DNA from: an uncultured Planctomycetaceae bacterium
GTDB taxonomy: Bacteria > Planctomycetota > Planctomycetia > Pirellulales > PALSA-1355
NCBI GenBank assembly: GCA_963793635.1
Contig: CAWCAX010000004.1
Location: forward strand, 25,951 to 89,950
Length of the DNA: 64,000 nucleotides
Direction of reading: 5' to 3'
Shown here: positions 1 to 9,604 of the stretch, piece by piece
Layout of the letters: every line of letters begins with the position of its first letter
Numbering within the stretch: the stretch's first letter is position 1
Notes under the pieces: model-generated
Database searches by the model: none
The model's input: only the letters and a program-made list of their open reading frames with translations
Told to the model about the DNA's origin: nothing
Made by a program: the position numbers and the translations under genes

Positions 1-148
1 CGTTTTCGCGCAGCAATCGGGCCGCCACATGCAGCCATTGGTTCTTGCGAGTTCCGCCAATGGCTGCCAGAGCCGCCGCTGCCTGCTTGGCGCGTTGGGC
101 CACCTCCAGGCAGTAAGCCTGCAAATCGTTTCGTTCGGCGACTGCCAT
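1..148 (-). CDS. proA: gamma-glutamyl phosphate reductase, N-terminal fragment (gene runs off the window)
   Basis: Minus-strand ATG at 146-148 gives MAVAERNDLQAYCLEVAQRAKQAAAALAAIGGTRKNQWLHVAARLLREN. This fits the ProA N-terminal pattern (A.rAk.A..L....KN..L..A..L....N). The frame stays open to position 1. Confidence 0.55.
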   Translation of the reverse strand, partial: MAVAERNDLQAYCLEVAQRAKQAAAALAAIGGTRKNQWLHVAARLLREN

Positions 149-438
149 GTTTCTCGCAACCCGAGTTTAAAAAAGGACTTAGCCACAGCGCCTAAAGCGC
201 AGCTGGGGCGGCCGTGACCAGGGGCTATTGCAAGTATCCTGCAAACGGAAAAATGCGTCAACGGCGATGCATGGGCTCTGGGCCACCGTCCGCGGCGCCC
301 CTTCGGCTCTGCATGCCGGTTCGGATGTTCGGGCGTAACTATACTTGGCTACAGGTGTTGCGGGGCTAGGGAGCCTGCCCGGTGTGCCTTACAATCAATG
401 GTTCTATCATCCTCCGCTTGCAAGGAAAGACTATCCCC

Positions 439-1749
439 ATGCATCGCAAGTTCGCGGTACTGGCCCTCGTCACCGTCCTAGCGCAGTCCGGCAGGGCCGA
501 CGAGCCGGCCGCCTGGGCCCACGCGCACATCGACGAATTGGTTCAGCTATATCGCCATTTTCACGAGCATCCGGAACTGTCGTTCCAAGAGCGCGAGACC
601 GCGGCCCGCGTCGCCCAGGAGTGGAAGTCCGCCGGGTTCGACGTCGCCACCGGCATCGGCGGCACGGGCGTCGTCGCGGTGCTGAAAAATGGCCCCGGAC
701 CGACCCTCATGCTGCGGACCGATCTGGATGCCTTGCCGGTGACCGAAGCCACGAACCTGTCCTATGCCTCGACGACCAAAGTCAAGCAGGCCGACGGCCG
801 CGAGTCGGGCGTGATGCACGCCTGCGGGCACGACGTGCACATCACGAACCTGATCGGCGTCGGCCGCTACCTGGCTGAAAACAAGGATCGCTGGTCCGGT
901 ACGCTTGTGCTCATCGGACAGCCGGCGGAAGAAGTCGGCAACGGCGCCCAGAAGATGCTGGCCGACGGGCTGTTCGAGAAATTTCCCAAACCCGACTACG
1001 CGCTGGCACTGCATGTCGACAGCACCTTGCCGACGGGCAAGGTGGGCTATCGAGCCGGCTACGCGCAGGCCAACGTCGATAGTGTCGACATCACGCTCTA
1101 CGGTCGCGGCGGGCACGGCGCCGCTCCGCACACCACGATCGACCCGATCGTGATGGCGGCCGAACTGGTGCTGAGTCTGCAATCGCTGGTCAGCCGCGAG
1201 ACCAACCCGATCGAGCCCGCCGTGGTTACGGTCGGATCGATCCATGCCGGCAGCAAGCACAACATCATCGCCGACAACTGCAAGCTGCAACTCACCGTGC
1301 GCAGCTATTCCGACAAAGTCCGCGAGCACTTGCTCGAGGGCATCCGGCGAAAAGCCGCGGCGGTTGCGGCCGGCGCGGGCGCTCCGGAGCCGGAGGTGAC
1401 GATGCTGGATGACTTTACCCCCTCGGTTTACAACGATGACAAGCTCGTGGATCGCCTGGTGCCGGTCTGGAGGGAGCTGTTGGGCGCCGAGAACGTGGTC
1501 CAGAAAGACCCGACCATGGGGGGCGAGGATTTCAGCTTCTACCAGAAGGCGGGGGCCAAGGTGTTGATGTTTCGCCTGGGTTCGGTCGAACCCAAGCGTC
1601 TGGCCGGTTTGACTCGGGGCGGGCAAGAGCCCCCTTCGCTGCATTCGGGCATTTATTATCCCGATGCGGATCTGGCACTCGAAATCGGGATCGCGGCGAT
1701 GGCGACGGCGGCCATGGAACTGCTTCCGCCCCAGACCGGCGCGAAGTGA
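439..1749 (+). CDS. secreted M20D-family amidohydrolase (aminoacylase/hippurate-hydrolase-like)
   Basis: ORF 382..1749. The internal Met at 439 gives the signal peptide MHRKFAVLALVTVLAQSGRA. Motifs MHACGHDVH, GQPAEE and YGRGGHGAAPH are typical of M20D amidohydrolases. Confidence 0.85.
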   Translation: MHRKFAVLALVTVLAQSGRADEPAAWAHAHIDELVQLYRHFHEHPELSFQERETAARVAQEWKSAGFDVATGIGGTGVVAVLKNGPGPTLMLRTDLDALPVTEATNLSYASTTKVKQADGRESGVMHACGHDVHITNLIGVGRYLAENKDRWSGTLVLIGQPAEEVGNGAQKMLADGLFEKFPKPDYALALHVDSTLPTGKVGYRAGYAQANVDSVDITLYGRGGHGAAPHTTIDPIVMAAELVLSLQSLVSRETNPIEPAVVTVGSIHAGSKHNIIADNCKLQLTVRSYSDKVREHLLEGIRRKAAAVAAGAGAPEPEVTMLDDFTPSVYNDDKLVDRLVPVWRELLGAENVVQKDPTMGGEDFSFYQKAGAKVLMFRLGSVEPKRLAGLTRGGQEPPSLHSGIYYPDADLALEIGIAAMATAAMELLPPQTGAK

Positions 1750-1770
1750 CCGACTTCGAGAGACGGATCC

Positions 1771-2218
1771 GTGAACGAATCGATGCCGAAATATCGCCTG
1801 CGCAAGGCCGCTCTGGCCTGGCTGGTTGCTTACTTGCTGGCGATGGGGCTGGTCGTTTGGGGAGTGTTCCACGCGCGCGCTTGGCGCTGGCGAATCTCAG
1901 CACCATCGAAGCACGTGCCGATTGGGAAACCTGGCAACGCGAAGCCGCGCTGCAATCAAAAAGCGGGCCGGTGCGCCGGGCCCAATCAGAAAGTCCCGAG
2001 CCGCCCATGTTGGTTTTGCTGCGGGATCATTTTGGAGTCATGCTCGCGGCCGCCGCCGTCTTCAGTTCGTTGCTGTTTGCCACCGCCATGATCGCCGCTG
2101 CGCGGAGCCTATGGTCCGGGACGAACGCAGCCGCGAATCCTCGATCGGCAGCCATGGAACCGTTGAGCCGATCCGCAGCCACGATCGCCCCGGGGAAACG
2201 CCGCCGCGCCGCCGATAG
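1771..2218 (+). CDS. hypothetical membrane protein (frame-shifted, end uncertain)
   Basis: A TM segment AALAWLVAYLLAMGLVVWGVF (ORF 1771..2091) continues in the frame of ORF 1746..2348, which has a second TM (VMLAAAAVFSSLLFATAMIAA). I recognise no family. Confidence 0.3.
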
Positions 2219-2232
2219 CGCTGTGCTGCCGA

Positions 2233-5200
2233 TCAGGTCAGGCGTAGCTGGGACCACGACACGTCGATGCGGGCTTGCAGCCGCGAGGCCAATTCCAGAT
2301 ACCTGGGACGGCCGTCAACCAGCGACGCCGCGATGTCGCGAATCGTGAGCTGTTCGCGTTCGACGCAGATCGTCATTCGCTGATCGTCGGTCTTGACGAC
2401 TGTGGCCGGCTCCTGCAAATCGTCGGCAAAGAATCGGCCGAGTGCGGTCGTGTCGGCATAGCTGGGGGCGAAAACCAGCAACCGCTCGGCCGTGCCGCTG
2501 GTACTAAGCACCGGCTGGGCCGCCTCAGCATATGCCGCAGAGGATCGCGAGCGGCTGTCGACTTCCCGCTCAAATCGAGCAACAGCTGGGTCACGTCGAT
2601 CTGCGTCAAGGCCTTCAGGATTTCGGCCTCAGCGGTGACTCGGAGCTGGCGCGAAAGCCCCTGCAGGATCTGGCCGGCTGTCTCGCTGTCGTCGCTGGCA
2701 CGCCGTTGCCGTTGGAAAAACGAGGCCGGAAAATCATTCGCCAACGGGATCGCCAGTTCCGCCAGACGCTCGGCAAGAAATGATTGGACGGCCGAATGCA
2801 GGGCATACAAGGGCGTCTCCCGGGCCGAGCCGGCGCCGGTGCGGCCTTGCAGCTCCAGAATCGAGGGCGCACATTTTCGCTGCTCCACCAGCGACGCCGA
2901 CAACTTGCTTAATTCAGCACTGCAATTGGCCAGGACAATATCCGGGTTTCCGTGAAAGGGCTGGCTGGCGACCGGGCTCGACGCATCGCCCGAGTTGCGG
3001 ATATAGGCCGCCAGAGCGAACGCGATATCCCGGACGAAACGCCGATCGGCGCGCGGCCCCAGCGTCAGTTCGACCAACTGCATGACCTTGTCGGATACTT
3101 CGTCGCCGCCGGCAGTCGCGGCGCTGCGCTCAGTGGTCGGTCCCCGCCGATCGGAGTCCAGCCACTTATCGATCACCATCTGGCAGAGCCGATCGACGTA
3201 GCCTTCGACGACGTTCGCCGGCAGATTATTGGCGGTGAAGAGTCCAAAGGTGCGGATCGGCCATCTCGCCGGTCTGCGCGGGCTGCGCGGCCTGCATCGA
3301 GGCATGCAGGCAGTCGAGCAAGGTCCCTGCGCGGGTTGCCAGGCGATGGTACAGATAGTCGGATACCCGATCCAACTGGCTCTGAAAGTCGGAGTGACTC
3401 AGGCCGTCTCCCAAGTGCGCGAGCAACGTTTCGTCGAATGTTGGCAGAATGCTCGGGACCGCGAGCAGGCCCAGCGACTCTTCGCCCGGATAGCCGCAAC
3501 CCGGCCGGTTGAAGTGAGCCAGTTCTGTCAAGCAGGCCAGGGCGTTGGCCAGCGCCAGATCCTGCGACTCCGGCTCTTGTTCGGTCGAGTGCAGCAGCAG
3601 ACCGCGCAGTTCGTAATCGGCGATCCCCAACTCGGCGGTCAGCTTGCGGACGGCGTAGGCCAGATCCAAAATGATTCCGCTGCCGGTGCCTCCACCAATC
3701 GAGGTGACGAGCACGATCACCGGCCGATGGGTGAAGTTGGCTCCCACTGCCGCGGCGCTGGCGGCGAGTGCTTCCGGCGCCGCGAAGTCGTGCAGCGCGC
3801 GCGTCAGTCGCTGCATCACCCGAGCGCCATTGTCCACCAGGGCCAGCCGCCCCAATGGCCGACAGCGTGAGGTTCGCGGCTCGCGCGGAATATTATAGAG
3901 CCATCTACGGCTGAGCCACTTGAGCACCTCCGGCACCTCGGAGCGATACTCTTGGGTCGTACGCAACTTGATCAGCAGTTGATCGTCGGCCGGCCTGCCG
4001 CCGAGCTCCGGCGTCGCACCGCTGATCGACAGGGCCGCGGGATCGGTGTCGATGGACAGCATACTCCAGCCGGGTATTGCTCCGCCCGGTGCAAATTGCG
4101 TGGCCAGACGTTGCGACAGCCCGCGCAGAACATGCGTTGCCACGCCCCCCAAGCCAATAAACAGGGTCGGACGCGGTTCCCACTCCAGTGAGTCGGTCTC
4201 CACCACCGGCAAGCGAACTTCGACGCGCGGCTTTGCCGCGCGACTCAGCGGCTGGCGCAGCGAACTGTCGCCCCCCAGCACCAGCGTCGCATCTTCGCTG
4301 ACCGGCGGAAGGCTGCGCGGCACCAGCGGAAGGGGCACCGCCGCGCGTTGTGCGTAACCTCGGTCGGACTCGAGCGGTGGCGGCGCGGCGTCAGCGGCTT
4401 GGGGCGGACGAACTGGATCTTCCGCGCGGGCCGCCGGCGTCTCGGTCTCGCAGGGCGTCGCGGCCAGCAGGCTGTCGACAAAGGCCCGGCAGTTGGGAAA
4501 ACGGTCTTGGGGATGCTTGGAAAGGGCGCGGCGCACCACGGCCTGGTCGGCGGGACTTAGCTGTTCGAGCTTGGGCTTCGTGCCCAGCAAGTGCTGTGCG
4601 GCAAACTGTGCGGCGCTGCGGGCGTCGAACGGCGGCTGGCCGGTCAGTAGTTCCGCGTAGACGACAGCCAGGCTGAATTGATCGCTGAATTTGGTGGGCC
4701 GCCCCTCGAAAACTTCCGGCGCGGCATAGCGGGGTGTCATGCCCTCGAGCATCGAAGCATCGCTGTCGGTCAGGTTGCGCACCAGACCGAAGTCGCCAAC
4801 TTTGAGCCGTCCGCCGACCAGCAGCAAATTTTCCGCTTTGACGTCGAGATGTTGCAACGATTGCGAAGTGTTGAGATAGTCGAGGGCGTCGGCCGCGTCG
4901 TGTAGATAGCCCAGCAGTTCGTCGCGAGCAATACCCGCCGCCCCGGCCTGCTTGCAGTCGAGGTAGCGCTGCTTCAGCGACATGTCGGCCAGTTCGTTGA
5001 CGATGATCAGCCGGCCGTCGACGATCTCGATTCGCTCCAGCGACAGCAAGAAACGGATGCCGGAGCTGTTTGATGCGCTCGAGGGCCTTCAGTTCGCGCA
5101 ACGCGCGGACCTCGTTGTGATAGCCATACACGATCTTGACGGCTTTGGTCAATCCGCCCGGCACTTCGGCACTCCAGACTTCGCCGTACGCGCCGGAGCC

Positions 5201-5274
5201 GATGCGCTCGCTGCAGCACGTAGCCGAGAATGGGCTGTGCACCTTGTACGGCAACCGTGGACATCGGCGGCGAA
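2233..5274 (-). CDS. Ser/Thr protein kinase fused to a tubulin/FtsZ-like GTPase domain plus a long C-terminal extension (~1010 aa; at least 4 frame corrections near 5215, 5045, 3260 and 2510)
   Basis: Reading order of the pieces: MSTVAVQGAQPILGYVLQ (tail of frame 5007..6677); ERIGSGAYGEVW..AVKIV (4391..5320); HLDVKAENLLL, VGDFGL, RYAAPE, then LFIGLGGVATHVL, MLSIDTD and VTSIGGGTGSGIILDLAYAVRKL (3226..5049); C-terminal pieces in 2373..3305 and 2233..2511. The kinase subdomains and the tubulin T1 and T4 (GGGTGSG) loops are all present. Confidence 0.8.
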
Positions 5275-5338
5275 ACCCTTTCGGAAGATCGAAATTGCAG
5301 CCCGTTGCGGGCCTCGCCATGCGCGGCGCGGCGAGACT

Positions 5339-6677
5339 CTATTTGCGGGCTTCGACAGCCGTGAAGTAGCTGCGAACGGCCAGGTCGAAATACTCGTTTG
5401 TCATTTCCAACGGAACTTCGCGATAGGCGCAATAGTTGCGAAGCTGATTCAACAGGTCGCGCGGATGGCAGCGGCGCAGCGACCGGCCTGCGCCGCGATA
5501 GTGCGTTTTGAGCAAGTGGTCCACCGCCTCGCGCCGGTACTCGACGTTGATGCTGGCCGCATAGTGCATGACCAGCCGGTGGAATTCCTCTTCCTGCGGA
5601 TCTTCGACATGAATCTTGTAGGGAATGCGGCGCAGGAAGGCCTCGTCCGCCAATTCCGAAGGTTCCAGATTGGTCGAGAAAATAATCAGCTGCTCGAACG
5701 GCACCTTGATCCGCTTGCCGTTGGCCAAGGTGAGGAAATCCTGCCGGTTCTCCAAGCGGAATGATCCAGCGATTCAGCAGTTCGTGCGGCTCGATGCGCT
5801 GGCGACCGAAATCGTCGATCAGCAGGCAGCCGCAATTGCTCTTCAGTTGCAGCGGCGCCTCGCTCACGTGGAACTGCGCATCGTGGCGGATCTCGAGGCT
5901 CTCCATCGTCATTTCGCCGCCGACAATCACTGTCGGCCGCCGAATCCGCACCCAGCGCCGGTCGTGGGCAATCGGCGCTTTGTCGCCGCCGGCCTGCACC
6001 GACACGCTGTCGTGATAGGCCGGGTCGAACAGCCGGATGATCTGGCCGTCTTCGACGATGCAGTGCGGAATCCAGATGTTCTGTCCAAAGCACGAAGTCA
6101 TGCAGCGGGCCAGCGTCGACTTGCCGTTGCCGGGCGAGCCGTACAAAAACAGTCCGGCACCGCTGTTGATCGCCGGCCCCAGCGCGTCGAGCATGCCCGA
6201 GGGAACCGAGACATTGCGGAATGCCCGTTCCAGGTCGCGTCGCTTGGGCACCTCGCCGCGAATCGATTGAGCCTCGCACGAAAGCACGTATTCCGACAGC
6301 GGCACCGGCGCCGGTCCGACGTACGCGCAGGCTTGCTGTAGGGTAAGGGCGTAGGCGCGGCCCTGTTCGGTCAGGCGATAGATATAGTCGCTCAGTGGGG
6401 CCGAACCGATATGCACCAGCACCTGCCGCGTGCGGAGCGCGTCGAAAACCGATTGCAGCAGCCCGAGCGACAAACCGAGTTGCCGCGATACCTGGTGGCC
6501 ACTCGTCGCGCCGACGGCGGCCACCTGCTTGCAGATCAAGGCTTCCAGCAGCGACACCGACAATCCCGTGTCTTCGATCCGCTCCGGCAGTCGCGGCACG
6601 AACGAATCGTTGGCCAACAGTGCCGCGACAACTCCACCCTCTTCAGGCGACCAATTCGTAGCGCAGGCTGTGCTCAT
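5339..6677 (-). CDS. AAA+ ATPase with a helical or winged-helix-like N-terminal region (one frame correction near 5753)
   Basis: Walker A is LFLYGSPGNGKSTLA and Walker B is CLLIDDFGRQ (ORF 5007..6677). The protein continues as ENRQDFLTLANGKRIKVPFEQLIIFSTNL..DEAFLRRIPYKI in ORF 5339..5755. The break is an extra G in the minus-strand sequence CTTGGAGAACC. Confidence 0.8.
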
Positions 6678-7810
6678 GAGTGCGTTCTTTCAGGGTCGTC
6701 CTGCGCCGCTTCAGAGGGATCGAGAAAGTGGCAGATCTGCTCGGGATGGCCAAAGTGAAAACCCTGGCCGAATTGGAATCCCAGCTCGCGACACACGCGA
6801 GCTTCCGCCGGCGACTCGATTCCCTCGGCCACCGGTGCGATTCCCAGCGAACGCACCAGGTTGACCAGCGACTCGAGCAGCGTTTGCCGGCTCGCCGGGG
6901 CCTGGTCGATGCCGTGTACGAACGCCATGTCGAACTTGATATAGTCCGGCGGCACCTCGACCAATTCCAACAGGCGAGATTGACCCGCGCCGAAATCGTC
7001 GTAGGCGATTCCCACTTGCAATTCGAGGAGCCGAGCCCGCAACTCGGCGATCGCGGCCGGACTGGTGACCGCCGCCTCGTGAATTTCGAGCGTAAACGGC
7101 ACTTGCGGATACAGATCGCGCAGGCTGCTGATCGATTCGACGAGTTCCGGTGTGCCGAGTTCGGTGGGATGGGTGTTCAAGAATAAGTTGGGCATGCCCG
7201 GCAGGCGAGAGCCCTGGCCGGCGCCGGCCGATCGGAACAGTTCGCTGACCGCCTGTTCCAGGTCGAACATGGCCGCAATGTCGAAGATGGCCTTCGGCGT
7301 TTGCAGGCCGAAGAGCTGGCTGCGTCCGAGGATTTCGAACCCAAACAGGGCGCCGTCGGCCAGGGACACGATCGGTTGGAAGTGCGGCACCACCTCTCGA
7401 CCGACGAGCAGCCGATCGAGTTGCAACAGCAGCAGGGCCCGATCGCAATGGGTCGTGCCGATGGTCGCCTCGGTCAAGGCTTGATGCTCGAATTGCAGCC
7501 GGAAGACCTGCGAAGCGAACTGAATCATGTCGCCGTCGTTCAATCGGGACTCGCCGACCACCCGATTGCCGTTAACATAGGTCCCGTTCGTGCTGTTGTT
7601 GTCGCGCAGCCACAGCGCTCCGGAATGTTCGTAAATCTCGGCGTGCAATTTGGAGACTTGCGGAATCGGCAGGCAAAGCGAAATGCCCGGTTTGCGGCCA
7701 ACCTGGAACGGCAGCGGCGTCACCGGCAAGCGCTGCAGAGGACCGGCGTCGCCGACCTTTCCGACCAGTACCCAGCTTGCCAGCGCCGGAGTTCTTTCCT
7801 TAGTCAACAT
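6674..7810 (-). CDS. FHA domain + EAL domain protein (putative phospho-Thr-gated c-di-GMP phosphodiesterase)
   Basis: Start taken at MLTKERT (7810). FHA motifs: FQVGRKPG..LHAEI..LWLRDNNSTNGTYVNG. EAL motifs: FEILGRS, LNTHP, LEIHE, IAYDDFGAG, IKFD, VAEGIES, GQGFHFG. The stop overlaps the downstream ATPase start (ATGA at 6674-6677). Confidence 0.85.
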   Translation of the reverse strand: MLTKERTPALASWVLVGKVGDAGPLQRLPVTPLPFQVGRKPGISLCLPIPQVSKLHAEIYEHSGALWLRDNNSTNGTYVNGNRVVGESRLNDGDMIQFASQVFRLQFEHQALTEATIGTTHCDRALLLLQLDRLLVGREVVPHFQPIVSLADGALFGFEILGRSQLFGLQTPKAIFDIAAMFDLEQAVSELFRSAGAGQGSRLPGMPNLFLNTHPTELGTPELVESISSLRDLYPQVPFTLEIHEAAVTSPAAIAELRARLLELQVGIAYDDFGAGQSRLLELVEVPPDYIKFDMAFVHGIDQAPASRQTLLESLVNLVRSLGIAPVAEGIESPAEARVCRELGFQFGQGFHFGHPEQICHFLDPSEAAQDDPERTHS

Positions 7811-8328
7811 ATTTCGAGGGCCTGAGTCTTCGGGAACTTGACCGATGCCGCCACTGACCGCGATGCGAATCCCGCTTGACAAGAATAGATTGCAAATTAC
7901 ACAAAGTTCGCCGGTTTGAGGTCGGAAACCGCTTATGCCGATTTTGACGCCGGCAGCAATTGGGCCGCGCCGCAAACGGCGCCGCTTGCAACGGTTTTTC
8001 GCCGGGTTTTCGCCGGGGGTTTCCCATCCTGGCCCGCCTGGGCTACAATGGGGCTGGAATTGGGCCGGGCGATGCGCTCCGCCGGCAATCCGTCGCTACG
8101 TTCTGTGGCGTGCCGCGAGCGGCTCGGCGTGTTCTCAAGCTCATCTCGGTTGTCGATCTGACAGAACTAACAACGTAATCCTAGTGTTCGCTGGACTGCG
8201 ACGCCCGGCCGCTCGCATGTGGTCTCTGCTTGCCGGGGAGGATGTAGGTTTTTTTGAATAGTTCAATCTCGGCCTGGACGCTAACCTGATCGCGTGGTCG
8301 GGGGGGTCTATTTCCAGTAGAGGGTTCC

Positions 8329-8826
8329 ATGGTGAAACTTCTCAGCCCGACGAATGGTCCAAACGCAATGCCGTACGACAAACGAGCCGCACAGAAACCC
8401 GTGGCCGTCCCCGACATCTTGATCAGGGACGTCGTCAAGCTCTGCAAGCTGTTGGCGGATGAGACCCGCTTGCGGATCCTGCACTATCTGACCCAGTCGC
8501 ACGAACTGCACGTGCGGGCACTGTGTGAACTGCTGGGCGAAAGCCAGCCGGCGGTGAGCCATCACCTGGCTTTGATGCGCGTGGCCGGCCTGATCGACCG
8601 CCGTCGCGAGGGCAAACACAACTACTACTATCTCCAGACCGATCGCTTCTCCGGGCTGCTGGACATGTTCTTTGCCACCATGCCCGAGGGAAACCGCCGG
8701 GTGCGATTCGAGGACTACGTGCTCAGCCACGCGCCGGCCTACGGGGCGCTGCCCGCTTCGGTCGCGTCATCGTCGGTCCCCTCTTCGTTCACCAGTTCGG
8801 CCACCAACTGGCCGACTTGCTCGTAG
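8329..8826 (+). CDS. ArsR/SmtB-family transcriptional regulator
   Basis: Contains LCKLLADETRLRILHYL..HVRALCELLGESQPAVSHHLALMRVAGLIDRRREGKHNYYYL, a wHTH with the ArsR signature. The last ~40 aa overlap a convergent gene and may be read-through. Confidence 0.75.
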   Translation: MVKLLSPTNGPNAMPYDKRAAQKPVAVPDILIRDVVKLCKLLADETRLRILHYLTQSHELHVRALCELLGESQPAVSHHLALMRVAGLIDRRREGKHNYYYLQTDRFSGLLDMFFATMPEGNRRVRFEDYVLSHAPAYGALPASVASSSVPSSFTSSATNWPTCS

Positions 8827-9398
8827 GTGAAAGCGTCGGCCTCGCGCTGAGCGTTTTCGTTGTCGAAGCGCTTTCGCAGCCGCCCGGTCTGGTCGTAGAC
8901 CAATACGGCCGGGACCGACACGAAGCCGAACTTGCGGTACAGCACGTCGGATTCCTCGGTCGAAAGCACATTGTCGAATGTGGCCTGCTTGCTTTCCAGA
9001 AACGCCTGCACGGCCGGCGCCTTGTCGTGCGGCGTGCCGATTCCCTCGAAGTCGAAGCTCAGCGAGATGCAGGCCAGTGGAGGGCCGAATTTCCTCTGCA
9101 GTGCGACCAGGTTGGGAAATTCTTTGATGCACGGCGCGCACGACGTGCTCCATGCATCCAGCACCACCACCTGGCCCCGATGGCTGGCAATCAACTGCCG
9201 GATGCCCTCGAAATCGAGCAGCTTGAGTTCGACCTTCCCCGCGCCTGGGGCGTCATTCGGGCCGCCGCCCGCGTCGATCCGGACGGCCTTCGGACTCGCC
9301 GCGCCGCCTTGGTCGCTGGACGTCTGCTGGCAGCCGCCCAGCAGCAGCAGCGCGGTCGAAACCAGGGTGGGCCCAATGCGGATTCGGCTTGTTCTCAT
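8739..9398 (-). CDS. TlpA-like thiol:disulfide oxidoreductase lipoprotein (thioredoxin fold)
   Basis: Internal start MRTSRIRIGPTLVSTALLLLGGC has a lipobox. The CxxC motif lies in VVLDAWSTSCAPCIKEFP. The more upstream part of ORF 8739..9671 is Arg/Ser-rich and unlikely to be coding. Confidence 0.8.
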   Translation of the reverse strand: MRTSRIRIGPTLVSTALLLLGGCQQTSSDQGGAASPKAVRIDAGGGPNDAPGAGKVELKLLDFEGIRQLIASHRGQVVVLDAWSTSCAPCIKEFPNLVALQRKFGPPLACISLSFDFEGIGTPHDKAPAVQAFLESKQATFDNVLSTEESDVLYRKFGFVSVPAVLVYDQTGRLRKRFDNENAQREADAFTYEQVGQLVAELVNEEGTDDDATEAGSAP

Positions 9399-9604
9399 CG
9401 AAGCGGCCGGCGGCGGATTGCGGTGGGTCCGACTCCTACACCATGCCAGATGTTGCCCCGTCTCGTCAACCGACCCGGCGGTAAGTTCCCGTATTCCGTA
9501 TTCGCTGCCGACCTGCCCGTATTGACGCCAGTCAAAGCGGTTGCTATCGTTCCCGCCCCCCGTACTGCATGCGCTGCGGCGCATGCTCTTGCCAGGAAGG
9601 CCCG

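Noticed and set aside
547-1872. A 441-aa minus-strand ORF antisense to the M20 amidohydrolase. Similar long antisense or overlapping ORFs occur at 35560..36834 (-), 42229..43659 (-), 17872..19023 (+), 51026..52582 (+) and 53437..54876 (+).
   Set aside because: They lie opposite or out of frame to genes with unmistakable family motifs. They are Arg/Ala/Gly/Pro-rich and low in complexity, and they have no recognisable motifs. This is the expected stop-codon-poor artefact of high-GC DNA.
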